Part shown: one piece after another, positions 1 to 11,309 of the stretch
Layout: the number at the start of each line of letters is the position of its first letter
How positions within the stretch are numbered: position 1 is the first letter of the stretch
NCBI GenBank assembly: GCA_030390025.1
Contig: CM059432.1
Span: 115,384,001-115,448,000 of the forward strand
Reading direction: 5' to 3'
Length of the DNA stretch: 64,000 bases
From: Squalus acanthias
Lineage: Eukaryota
The notes under the pieces: generated by a model
Seen by the model: the letters and a program-made list of their open reading frames with translations, nothing else
What the model was told of the DNA's origin: nothing
Databases searched by the model: none
Made by a program: the position numbers and the translations under genes

Positions 1-365
1 GTGTTAAAGATAATATAATTGCTTCAGGTTCAGAAAAAAAATGTAGGAAATAATAAACTAACTGATAAAAATACAACAGGAGTGATGACAAACAAGGGCC
101 GTGATTTTGCCACAGGAGACGGGTTGGAGTCGGGTTGGCTGGTGGGCAGGTTCTGGTCCCGCTGCCGGTTTCAGCCGCTCCCAAATAACAATTTTGATTT
201 AACTGGGCTCATTAAGCCCGCTGTGCGGGCTACCCGGCCCAATCAGTGGGTGCAGGTCTGCTGCTCGCCTCTGCTGATGTCATCGATTCAGGTGGTTTTA
301 AGGGGTCCATGGAGCCTTTGCTTTTCATTTCTTTTGGGCTGCTCCTGAAACCGGCCCACTGCAAC

Positions 366-2208
366 ATGACTGCTGAAAGATCTAAGGCTGCTCCTCGTTT
401 TGATGACGACTCCCTCCATGCTCTTGTGGAGAGAGTAAGAGGGCGCAGGGATGTTCTGTTCCCTCCCGACGGCCAGCAGACAAAGGCAGCCTGGCTGCAA
501 ATTGCTGAGGAGGTAAGCGCAAGGTCCTTGTGCTCACGCATCTGGGTGCAGTGCCGAAAAAGGTTCAATGATCTGCTACGCTCAGCAAAAGTGAGTATCA
601 CATCACACTTACTTTCAATCTGCTTCCCATCTGTTCTCATCACCAGCACTCTGCATTGTCAGCCTACTCCTGCACATCCCAACTTACCCTTACATCCCTT
701 GCACCCTTACCTATCCCTCTCTCTCTATGTACACAATCACTTCACCATCCTACTATGCACTCCTCACACTCGCTCTCACTGTTATGCAATGACAACAACT
801 AACAACGCACAGGGAGACACCTTGGTTTTGGCACCTCACTCCATCTTTGTCTCCCTCTAAGCGTCTATATTATGGATTCTTCACACTCACTCCATCAATC
901 TCACTGAAACTCCACTTGTGTCCCTCCTTGCAGGAAAAGAGAGCCCACAATAAGAGGGAGAGAGGGAGGACAGGAGGAGGTCCACCATCACTGGCCACTT
1001 TAACAAGCGCTGAGGAGGCTTCTCACGACATCGTCGGAGGTGCAGAGGAGCTAGAAGTGGGGGACGGAGAGACAGGCGCAGTAGAGCAAGCTGGTGACAG
1101 AATAGATTTGCAACCCTCTCATTTAGATTTCATGAGTGACTGATATGGCATCTGATGTTCATACAGACTGAGTTCTGATCATCTGCACAATAGGATGTTT
1201 CTGCTACCTAAATATCACATGTCTAACTCATGCCTTTACTCCCCCACAGGACCATCGAGAGCCCCCCTCCCCACTGTCCAGGAGGAAGAGCTGGGAGACT
1301 CCTCAGAGGAACCTGGAGCATCTGAGGGAGCAGCGTCAGCAGAAATCAGCACACCCAGCTCCAGCACAGAGACGCACACCTCGGTGGGTCCTTCGCGACA
1401 TAGTGTAGTGCTGTCACCTGGCGTATCACAGCTCACAAGTGAGCATCAGCAGATGGCGGAGACAGGGACAGCAGTGGAGACTCCTTGTCGGAAGTCGCAG
1501 GACTCTCCTAGCTCAGCTCAGCTGCATGTAGACGCTGTGCCTCTGGGGCCATCCAGAAAGAGAGCGGTGCTGGAACTTCAGGAACAAGTGCAGGAGTCTC
1601 TGACAAGGTTTGCATCCATGGTAACTGCGAGTGTGCAGAGAATGGAGGAGTCCATCTCAAACATGAGCAATGTCGTGGTGGACGCAATGGCGAATGAACG
1701 TGCCACCATGGAAAGGATGACAATCTCCATGGAGGACATAAATCGCCAGACTCAACAGAGCATGGTGACTCTTCGAAACAGATGGTCTGCTATGGAGGAT
1801 AGATGGGCACCTATTGAGGAGAGGCACCAGAGGTACGTGGACATCACTGTTATGAGGACTGTCAGTACAGAGATGGGTCCTCATGGCCCCACTGATGTGC
1901 AGCAAGGTGCTCTCCATCCACTTGCTAGCAGTGAAGTGCGGGTGACCCAAGAGAGGGATGTTGGTGGTCGACAACAAGGAAGTGTGGGTTCCTCTCCAAG
2001 CGCTCACACTACCATGCCACTGTGGAGCCCTCGGTCAGAGCCCCAGATTCCGCACCCAACTGAGATGGCCGTCTCAGCCCCTGCACAGCCGCAGGAGGAG
2101 CAGACTGTTGAGGAGCCCTCCCAGGCTCCCAAACCCAGAGGACGCCTGCTAAAGGTGTCTAAGCAGGCGCAGCATAGAAGTGAGCAAGGTGCCTCTACAT
2201 ATGCATAA
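366..2208 (+). CDS. Harbinger Myb/SANT-like DNA-binding protein, 3 exons (366-590, 934-1093, 1250-2208), 447 aa; C-terminus probably cut by the internal deletion
   Basis: N-terminus [24 protein letters not shown]...[11 protein letters not shown]...[13 protein letters not shown] (Myb_DNA-bind_5-like), then [17 protein letters not shown] introns (AAA|GTGAGT, TTGCAG|, CTG|GTGACA, CCACAG|) join in frame (225+160+959 nt). Confidence 0.8.
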
Positions 2209-2901
2209 TGTTCTTCCTGTGGTTACACACCAGCTGGACGTTAAGTGACTGGAAGCCCTTGCGGTTGACAAATACAGCTGGGTTGTGATGGGGTGCTCTA
2301 ATGGCCACATGTGTGCAGTCTACAACACCCTACACCCTTGGGAAGCCTGCCATATTTGCAAAGCCAACTGCACGCACGGTTACACTTGCTTCATCCGTGG
2401 AGAAGTGGACGTAATTGGGTGCCTTTGCAAAGAGGGCATCGGTAACCTGCGTGATGCAACTGTGTGCGGCCGACTGGGAGATGCCGCTGATGTCTGCTGA
2501 TGATCCCTGGAAGGACCCTAAAGCAAAGAAGTTGAGTGCGGTGGTGACTTTGACAGCCACTGGTAAGGAGTGTCCACCCACTCCTCTGGGCTGCAGGTGT
2601 TGGTGTAGCATTGTGCAGATGTCAGCGACTACCTCTCGCGAAAGTCTCAGCCTCCTTTGGCAGTGCTGCTCACTCATGTTGAGGAAGCTCATCCTCTGCC
2701 TGTAAGCCCTGTGTTGGGGGTATCTCCTGCGACGAGGTCAGCCCTGCGCTGACGGCCTCTGCCCTGTGCAGCATCAGGTGGCTGAGGAGAAGGTTGGCGC
2801 TCCTGTTGTTGCTGCTGCTGTTGTGCTCGGTTCTGCTGCTGCCGCGGCTGCTCTTCCTCCGATTCTGAGGACCAGGATGAGAGGGTATAAATGGTTCCCA
2901 T
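2205..2901 (-). pseudogene. HARBI1-like DDE transposase, 5' half only, frameshifted
   Basis: [24 protein letters not shown]...[18 protein letters not shown]...[17 protein letters not shown]...AGFPRV, then [19 protein letters not shown]; the reading stops where it abuts the end of the Myb gene, so the second D and the E are absent. Confidence 0.9.
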
Positions 2902-4399
2902 CCCGCTGGTATATATGTCAGTTGAGGAAGAGATGTTATAAGCGCTCAGTCAATGTGGCCAGAGGGTATTCCAAGGAGGTCACAGTGCATATGGATCTCA
3001 GCTTAAACACTCACAAGCTCAATAGACCTGCAAAATGTGTTCCAAAACCTTAAAGCACAAAGTTCTGTCATCTGAAAGTCAGCCATGTTGCACGTCCACT
3101 TTTATGCTGCAGGAGCAGCTGTCAACAATTCAGATTCCGGCACAATCAGCTGGTGTGTTTGTCGCACGACAGGCAACACGCTGAAAATTTCTTAAAATGG
3201 GAAGAGCCAGTTAAAAAGCCAGTTAATAAGTGCCTCTCCCGCCGTTTGGTGTCGGGTCTGATCGGGACTCGCAGACCCGACACTTTGCAAAGTTGTGAGG
3301 AGGCGGGATGGCGGCGGGTTCGCAACCCGCTGTCAATCATTTAGATTTTTACTCCCGACCCGCCTCCAAACCCACCCTCTGAGCACCGGCAAATTCGCAG
3401 TCAAGAAGTCTGATAAGTTAAAAAGTGTGATTTATAAACAGCATCAGAACAAAGAGGCAGGGTAGGGTCTGTTGCCCAAATAAGAGTTCTATACACACAT
3501 GCACGTAGCCTAAGGAGTAAAACAAGCGAACTAGAATCACAAATTCAGCTTAAAGGGTATGACGTAGTGGCCATCACTGAGACCTGGCTACAAGCTGGGC
3601 AGGACTGGGAGATTAATATTCCAGGTTATAAGGTCTTTATAAAGGACAGGGAAATTGGAAAAGGAGGAGAAGTAGCAATACTGATAAAAGACACTGTTAG
3701 AGCATTAGAAAGAGGGGATCTCAGTAAGGGTGAGCAGGGAGTAGAAACGCTATGGGTAAAATTGAGGAATAAAAAAATGCAAGACTTTGTGGGAGTGTTG
3801 ACAGACTTCCTGATAGCAGTGATGATGTAGTGGATGCATAAATATGGAGATCAAAGAAGCTTGTTGCAAAAGCGAAGTGGATATAACGGGAGACTTCAAT
3901 TTTCATATAGACTGGGAGAAGCAAAACATCTCGAGTTCCAAAGGCAGCGAATTTCTTGAGTGTATTGGGGACAGTTTTCTGGAACAATATGTTCTTGAAC
4001 CAACAAGGGAACAGGCCATCTTAGATTCAGTAATGAGTAATGAGCCTGAATTAGTCAATAATCTAACGGTAAGGGAACACCTAGCTAGCAGTGATCATAA
4101 TGTAACAGAATTCAATATTAGGTTTGAGAGGGAGAAGGGCAAGTCACGAACCAAGGTTTTAATTTAGGTAAGGCAGACTTGAGGGATGAGGCAGAAATTG
4201 ACCACAGTAGACTGGGCAGAACTATTACTGGATAAAACTACAGATCAACAGTGGGAAGTGTTCAAAGAAGTATTTGGTATAAGACCTGTACAGACGCCTA
4301 AAGGGCAAGAGCTCTACTCATGTAATTAAACAAGCTTGGTCAACAAGAGAGGTGAGAGATAGGATATAACTAAAAGAAAGGGCTGATACTAAAGGAATA

Positions 4400-5305
4400 A
4401 TAAAAAAATAAAGACTTGCATTTATATAGTGCCTTTCATGACCTTAGGACGTCCCAAAGAGCTTTACAACCAATGAAATATTTTTGAAGTGTAGTCACTG
4501 TTGTAATGTAGGAAACATGGCAGCCAATTTGCACTCAGCAAGCTCCCACAAACAGCAAGGTTTGTAGAAGCAGAGGATGGAAGAAAGAAAAATGAGGCAG
4601 CACTTAAGGAGGATGCACCCCAACGAATATACAAGCATCTTTCATAGGCACATGTGTATTAGCAGAATGCACTTCATCTAAGCTGCAATAGGAGAGCTCT
4701 ACCACCTACTGTATGAGGACCTGCAGCCATGATCATCTGGCCACAATGCTCTCTCTGTGGCTATGATGATAACACTCAACTTTTGTTGCACAGAATCATT
4801 TCAGGCAGCCACAGGCGCTGTCTGTAATATCAGTCAGGCTGCCGTATGGGAATGTATTCAGCAGGTGACTGAGGCACTTTACAGGAGAGCAGGGGAATTC
4901 ATCGACTTTAGCATCACAGCAAGGCAGCAGATCCATCCAGTTTTACGAGATTGGTGGCTGCCCCAAGATCCAAGGTGGAATTGATGGCACCCACATTGCA
5001 TTGACAAGATAATCTGTTTTAGTGATGTTGATTGAGGGATAAATATTGTCCAGGACACCGGGGATAACTCCCCTGCTCTTTTTCAAAATAGTGCCGTGGG
5101 ATCTTTTACGTCCACCTGAGAGAGCAGACAGGGCTTCAGTTTAACGTTCATCTGAATGACGGCACCTCTGACAGTGCAACACTCCCTCAGTACTGCACTG
5201 GAGTGTCAGCTGAGATTTTTGTGCTCAAGTCCCTGGAGTGGGACTTGAACCCACAACCTACTGACTCAGAGGCGAGATTGCTACCTACTGAGCCATGGCT
5301 GACAC
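4400..5305 (-). mobile_element. tRNA-derived Deu-domain SINE (SacSINE1/AmnSINE1-like) inserted in CR1
   Basis: Minus-strand head GTGTCAGCCATGGCTCAGTAGGTAGC...GGTTCAAGTCCC (A/B boxes); Deu-like core (GTGCAGTACTGAGGGAGTG...GGTGGACGTAAAAGATCCCA); L2-like tail GCACTATATAAATGCAAGTC. Confidence 0.75.
4560..5005 (+). pseudogene. Degenerate HARBI1-like transposase fragment inside the SINE, no TIRs seen
   Basis: LNF...SFQAATGAVCNISQAAVWECIQQVTEALYRRAGEFIDF, followed by GGAATTGATGGCACCCACATTGCATTG (GIDGTHIAL). Confidence 0.8.
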
Positions 5306-6312
5306 TACAATGCAAAGAATAGTGGAGATTCTGTGGACTGGGAGAGATATAAAGAACAACAAAGGGCTACAAAGAAAGTAGTAAGAGCTACATAAAGGGA
5401 ATATGAGAGGGATAGCAAGGATAACATAGCTTGCGAGGGATATCAAGGATAACACAAAGCTTTTACAAGAGGGTGGCTAAAGGTAATGTGGGCCCCTTAA
5501 AGACAGACAAAGATGATATTGTAATTGAAAATAAGGAAATGGCAGACTTGCTAAATAATTATTTTGAATCGGTCTTCACAATAGAGGAGGATAAAGTACC
5601 AGAGATAAGAGGAAATATAAAAAAAAAGCAAGGGGAGGAACTAACTAGACTTAATATCAGTAAAAGAATGGTAATGGTTATAATGAGACTTAAGATTGAC
5701 AAATCTCCAGGACCTGATGGTTTGCACCCCAGGGTATTAAAAGAAGTAGGTGAGGAAATTAATGTAGATGTTTTAGTCATGATCTTCCAAAACTCTCTTG
5801 ATTCAAGAATTTTCTCCATGGATTGGAAAATTGCCAATGACACTCCATTATTTAGCAAGGGTGGGAGAGATAAACCAGGAAATTATAGACCTATTGGTCT
5901 AACATCTGTTGTGGGGAAGTTACTAGAATCTGTTATTAGGAACAGAGTTACTGAGCACTTCGACAAATATAAACTGACCAGAGAGAGCCAGCCTGGATTT
6001 GTAAAGGGTAGCTCATGTCTAACTAACCCAGTTGAATTTTTTGAGGAGCTCACTAACATAGTAGATAAGGGAGTGTCTATGGATATTATTTATATGGACT
6101 TCCAGAAGGCATTTCATAAAGTTCCACACAAGAAACTGTTCGGAAAAATGGAAGCACATGGAAATGGAGGCAACTTTTTGACATGGGTAGGGAATTGGTT
6201 AGGAGGTAGGAGACATAGAGGTCACGGGCATGTACTCCAATTGGAAGGATGTGACTGGTAGTGTCCCCCAGGGATCTGTACTGGGGCCTCAGCTTTTCAC
6301 TATACTTATCAA

Positions 6313-6453
6313 TAATGTTCCCTTTAAGCTGTGCGGCCACGCAGCACTCGGCAGCTCCCACGCAGCTGGCTCACCAGCTTTTAAATAGGAAAAACCATGC
6401 TGCGCAGCCCCTTAAAGGACCTGCATATCCGAAAAAAATTAACGGGAACATTG
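6313..6453. mobile_element. hAT-type MITE
   Basis: TIR TAATGTTCCC / CGGGAACATTG; perfect 8-bp TSD CTTATCAA (6305-6312, 6454-6461); interrupts the CR1 RT coding sequence. Confidence 0.9.
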
Positions 6454-7454
6454 CTTATCAATGACTTAGAAGAAGGAATAGAGAGCCGTATATCCAAGTT
6501 TGCTGATGACACCAAGTTAGGTGGCACAGTAAATAGTGTAGAGGGGAGCAGAAAGTTGCAAAGGGACATTGATCGATTAAGTGAGTGGGCAAAGCTGTGG
6601 CAGATGGAATTCAATGTTGGGAAATATGAGGTCATCCACTTTGGACCCAAGAAAGATACATCAGAGTGTTTTCTAAATGGTGAGAAGTTAGGAACTGTGG
6701 AGGAACAGAGAGATTTAGGGGTCAGTGTACAGAAATACTAAAAGCTAGTGGACAGGTACAAAAAATTATTTAAAAGACTAATGGAATGTTGGCCTTTATC
6801 TCAAGAGGGCTGGAATACAAAGGGGTGGAAATTATGTTACAGCTGTACAGAGCTCTGTTTAGACCCCATCTGGAGAGCTGTGTTCAGTTCTGGGCACTGC
6901 AACAAGGATATACAAGGTATTGGCCTTGGAGAGGGTACAATGTAGATTCACCAGAATGATACCGGGGCTAAAAGGGTTAAATTATGAAGCGAGGTTGCAT
7001 AGACTAGGCTTGTATTCCCTTGAGTATAAAAGATTAAGGGATGATCTAACTGAGGTGTTTAAGATGATTAAAGGATTTGAAAGGATAGATAGAGAGAAAC
7101 TATTTCCTCTGGTGGTGGTGGTGGGGTGGGGGGGCTGGTGATGGAGTCCAGACAAGGGAGCATAATCTTAAATTAGAGCCAGGCTATTCAGGGGTGATGT
7201 CAGGAAGCACATCTTCACACAAAGGGTAGTGGAAATCTGGAACCCTCTTCCCCCAAAAAGCTGTTGAGGCTGGGGGTCAATTGAAAATTTGAAATCTGAG
7301 ATTGATAAATTTTGTCAGGTAAGGATATTGAGGGATATGGAACAAAGACAGATAAATTGAGTTAAGATACAGATCAACCATGATCTAACTGAATGGCGGT
7401 ACATGCTCGAGAGGCTGAATGGACTACTCCTAGTCGTATGTTCCTACATAAGGT

Positions 7455-8149
7455 CTTCTCCTTCTTAGGCAGTCCCTCAGAACCGAGGATGACTTGCTTC
7501 CACACTAAAAATGAGTTCTCAGGTGACTGATGAGTCCAATGCAGGACCTACAGTCTCTGTCTCAGGTGGTTGAAGGGGCGAGTGGGTGGGGTACTTGGGT
7601 TGACATGCGCTCCTTCCGCTGTTTGCGCTTGGCTTCCGGCGAAGAGACTCGAGGTGATCGGCACCTTCCCGGATGCTTCTCCTCCACTTTGTGCGGTCTT
7701 GGGCCAGGGATTCCCAGGTGTCGGTGGGAATGTTGCACTTTTTCAAGGAGGCTTTGAGGGTGTCCTTGAAGCGTTTCCTCTGCCCACCTGGGGCTCTCTT
7801 GCCGTGTCGGAGCTCCGAGTAGAGCGCTTGCTTTGGGAGTCTCTTATCGGGCATGTGGACGATGTGGCCCGTCCATCGCAGCTGATCGAGCGTGGTCAAA
7901 GCTTCGTTGCTGGGGATGTTGGCCTGAGCGAGAACACGGACGTTAGTGCACCTATCCTGCCAATGGATTTGCAGGATCCTGCAGAGGCAGCGTTGGTGGT
8001 ACCTCTCCAGTGCTTTTAAGGTGCCTGCTGTACGTGGTCCATGTCTCTGAAGCATACAGGAGGGCAGGTATCACTACTGCTCTGTAGACCATGAGCTTAG
8101 TGCTGGGTTTGAGGTCCTGGTCTTCAAACACTCTCTTCCTCATGAGGCA
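7455..8149 (-). mobile_element. RTE (BovB-like) LINE, 5'-truncated
   Basis: STKLMVYRAVVIPALLYASETWT...HQRCL...LRWTGHIVHMPDKRLPKQALYSEL...GGQRKRFKDTLK; 14-bp TSD TTCCTACATA(A/G)GGT at 7441-7454 and 8150-8163. Confidence 0.92.
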
Positions 8150-8954
8150 TTCCTACATAGGGTATGCAGACCAAAAGTCACTTTCTTGCATATATTCGAG
8201 AAGCAGTGCATCAGGAGGCTGTGACATCCTGTAACAAATCCCATAAAATCCTATATATCCTGTACTTCGTGCAAGTTGTGCCTGAGTTCGATAAAAAGTC
8301 TCAGAGGTGGTGAAAATGCCAGATCATGTCATAACAACACAATATCTATATCACTTTTTACTAAGCTACCTGCAATTCACATTTCCACTTTTTCAGCGGT
8401 TTTTTTTTCTTCGAATAATTTATATCAATGAAATTAGTCCTCCTCAAGCCATTCAGTAATGTTTGTTATGGATGAGATACGTTCTTTCCTGTATGTGCAG
8501 TCAGCCACAGTTTGAAGTGCATTACAATAATTAGTTTTTCCTCTGCTGGGTGGGGGAGTAGGTGCAGTTTGTCACTGTGTGCCTGCAACATATTAGGCGA
8601 ATGAGAAGCACCCTCTCACTTTTCAGTCTAATGTTAGGGTGTAATCAAATATTGTGCTATCATCTGGAAAGGAGCAAATCGGCCTCGGTTTTGTGTTTCA
8701 GTTTGGTCCAACCTAACCTAAGATTGCTACTGCTCCAGTTGTGGAATAGATATGTTTTTTCAATACACTGGATATATTTAAACTGTAAACTAGACACCAG
8801 CAGCCTGATTTTTAAATCAAAGTTGTTTTTTTTTCCTTCACTTACTTATGTGACTTATACAATCAAATACATTCAAGCACAGTAGGAGGCCATTTCAGGT
8901 TATCTTATTCGTGCTATTTGCTCCAGTCACAGTGTTCTCCTTTTCCCCTTTAAT

Positions 8955-9696
8955 GGCCCAGAAATTAAACAATGAGTGTTCACGCGGGGGTAAGGCTTCC
9001 CCGCGATATCTCACTCCGCGCCTACCTTTTTCCTCCGGGCCCACACGAACTTTAGTTTCAAGGCTGCAGCTGTGCAGTGCTTGCGTGACCCAGAGACGCA
9101 ATTAGTTCGTGCGAGCTCTGGGATCACGTGATTCAGTTAGAGCCAATGGCAGCACACCATCTTTCATTCATAGTTTTAACAGCAAGGGCTGTCAAAGCTA
9201 TGAATCCTACACACCCCCAAAAGAACAGCTAAACCTCAATTAAATTTAAAAAAAAAGCCATCACATTAATAAAATAAGTATAGTTAAATAAATTAACCAC
9301 TTTAAACAAAAAATTAAATTTTTGAAAAAATTTAAAATCTTTTTAAAAGTTATAAAAATAAACTTACCTTTCTTTAAAGTCTCTAAAAAAGATAAACCTG
9401 TTGAAAAAAATTTAAAATACTTAATTAACTACTTACCTTGTTAAAAGAGGGTCTTACGCCTCCTTTCTTTATGTGTAAAATCTTCCATGCTTACCTGCGC
9501 GTTCAAAGCACTAAGTGCACTGCGTGCGCGCAGCCTGTAGCGTGCACGTGGTTCACTTAGGAACCGCCCCCTTTTGAATTCACGAAGTGCCGGTTTCCCG
9601 CGCATGCGCAGTGCATGCAGGAAACCGGCAATTGGAGACCTAAAACGCGAGAGTACACAGTGCGTACTCTCGCGTATTAGGTCTAATTTTCGGGCC
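8955..9696. mobile_element. Harbinger-type MITE with AT-rich centre
   Basis: TIR GGCCCAGAAATT / AATTTTCGGGCC; AAT TSD on both sides; CpG-rich subterminal arms. Confidence 0.8.
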
Positions 9697-9825
9697 AATA
9701 TTTTTATCCAACTCCCTCTTAAGTGTTGCGATTGAGTCAGCTGTGGTACTGTGTTCCACAATCTAATAACACCTTGTCTGAAAACATTTTTCCTAACCTT
9801 CCTTTTGTGCATCTGGTACTAATCG

Positions 9826-10143
9826 CCAAGGCTTCTTTGGCAGCACCTCCCCAACCCATCAACCTCTTCCACCTAGAAGAACAAGGACAGCAGGCGTCTG
9901 GGAACACCACCACCTCCAAGTTCCCCTCCAAGTCACACACCATCCCGACTTTGGAGTATATTGCCGTGCCTTCATTGTCGCCGAGTCAAAATCCTGGAAC
10001 TCCCTCCCCAACAGCACTGTGGGAGCACCTTCACCACACGGACTGCAGTGGTTCAAGGCGGCGGCTCACCACCACCTTCTTAAGGGCAATTAGGGATGGG
10101 CAATAAATGCTGGCCTTGCCAGCGACGCCCACATCCCATAAAC
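9826..10143 (+). mobile_element. 3' fragment of a CR1/L2-superfamily LINE (family B)
   Basis: Matches the shared 3' end of the copies at 24742, 27146, 51188 and 56146 (...TCCTGGAACTCCCT...GGGCAATAAATGCTGGCC...CCCACATCCC). Confidence 0.85.
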
Positions 10144-11057
10144 AAATTTTTTTTTTTTAAATCCTAATTTTTTTCACCTTGTTAACGGTTCACTGACCAG
10201 TGGAACTAATCTCTCACTATTTATATCCTCTCAAGCCCTTTCATAATTTGAACAGTCCCTTATTCTTCGCACCCTTTGACCATCCTCTTGTTTTTTCTCA
10301 ATCTCTTTGCTGTTACCCTTTATGTTGATTGCCAGGCCTAGAAATTCCAGCAGCACCATTCTGACAGCCACTTTCCTTCCGCCGTGCGCTCCCACAAATC
10401 TTTCAGATGTTTTAGATTTTATAGCTATTTCGCTTATTTCATGAGAGAAAATAAAGATTTTTTTGAAACGTATTTTTACTTTTACTTTTTCGGTTTAAAA
10501 AAAAGCAAACTGAGTAACCAACTGAACACTACTGAAGAAGAAACATCCAACAGCAAAGTTCCCATACCCAAGAACACACAACAGTAATATAAATAGTGCT
10601 ACCATTTAACTCAGTGAATTTCAACATCCCTGTTTTCAGTAGCCAGCTCAGCTTGAGAGAAACCTACTTACTCAACAACAACAACTTGTATTTATACAGC
10701 GCCTTTAACGTAGTAAAACGTCCCAAGATGCTTCACAGGAGCATTATTAAACAAAATTTGACATCGAGCTACATAAGGAGATATTGGGCAGATGAGGTAG
10801 GTTTTAAGGAGTGTCTTAAAGGAGTAAAGAGAGGTAGAGAGGCGGCGAGGTTTAGGGAGGGAATTCCAGAGTTCAGGGCCTTGGCAGCTGAAGACACGGC
10901 TACCAATGGCGGAGTAATTAAAATCGGGGATGCTCAAGAGGCCATAATTGGAGGAGTGCAGAGATCTCGGCGGGGGTGGAGGGGGGGTTGTGGGGCTGAA
11001 GGAGATTACAGAGATAGGGAGGGGCGAGGTCATAGAGGGATTTGAAAACAAGGATGG

Positions 11058-11289
11058 TGTTGAGGCTGCCGCAAAACACGAACTAAGACTGAATCCATGT
11101 GTGGAAAACAAAGGCTTTTTAATACAACGGCATGGTCCAAAATGGCTGAAACCAACTGCTCCCAGAATTCTCTGGAAAAATCCTGAGGCCCCGCCCACTC
11201 CTTTTCTACTGCCTTAAAGGCAAGGTGCCCGATATTTTGTCCACGGACGGAAAAGTGGATAATGTCCGTTTAGGTGGCGATCCGCCACA
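11058..11289 (-). repeat. 3' LTR
   Basis: Direct repeat of 15592-15823; 6 substitutions in 232 bp by manual comparison. Confidence 0.96.
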
Positions 11290-11301
11290 CAGCTCCCCCC
11301 A
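11290..11301 (-). promoter_or_regulatory. Polypurine tract
   Basis: TGGGGGGAGCTG on the minus strand, immediately before the 3' LTR. Confidence 0.75.
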
Positions 11302-11309
11302 GAATCCGC

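Larger units (their letters stand above)
97..3402 (+). mobile_element. PIF/Harbinger DNA transposon, family A copy 1 (internally deleted)
   Basis: Imperfect 15-bp TIRs GGCCGTGATTTTGCC (97-111) and GGCAAATTCGCAGTC (3388-3402), 11/15 match; AAG TSD at 94-96 and 3403-3405; contains a Myb/SANT gene (+) and a convergent HARBI1-like remnant (-). Confidence 0.88.
3480..7447 (+). mobile_element. CR1 LINE, near-complete degenerate ORF2 (APE endonuclease + RT) with 3' tail; interrupted by a SINE and a hAT MITE
   Basis: Motifs AITETWL, GDFNF, SDHN (endonuclease); KSPGPDG, NYRPIGLTSVVGKLLE, YMDFQKAF, SKFADD, ALERVQ (RT/C-terminus); CR1 tail ...GGCTGAATGGACTACTCCT...; several stops and frameshifts. Confidence 0.92.
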
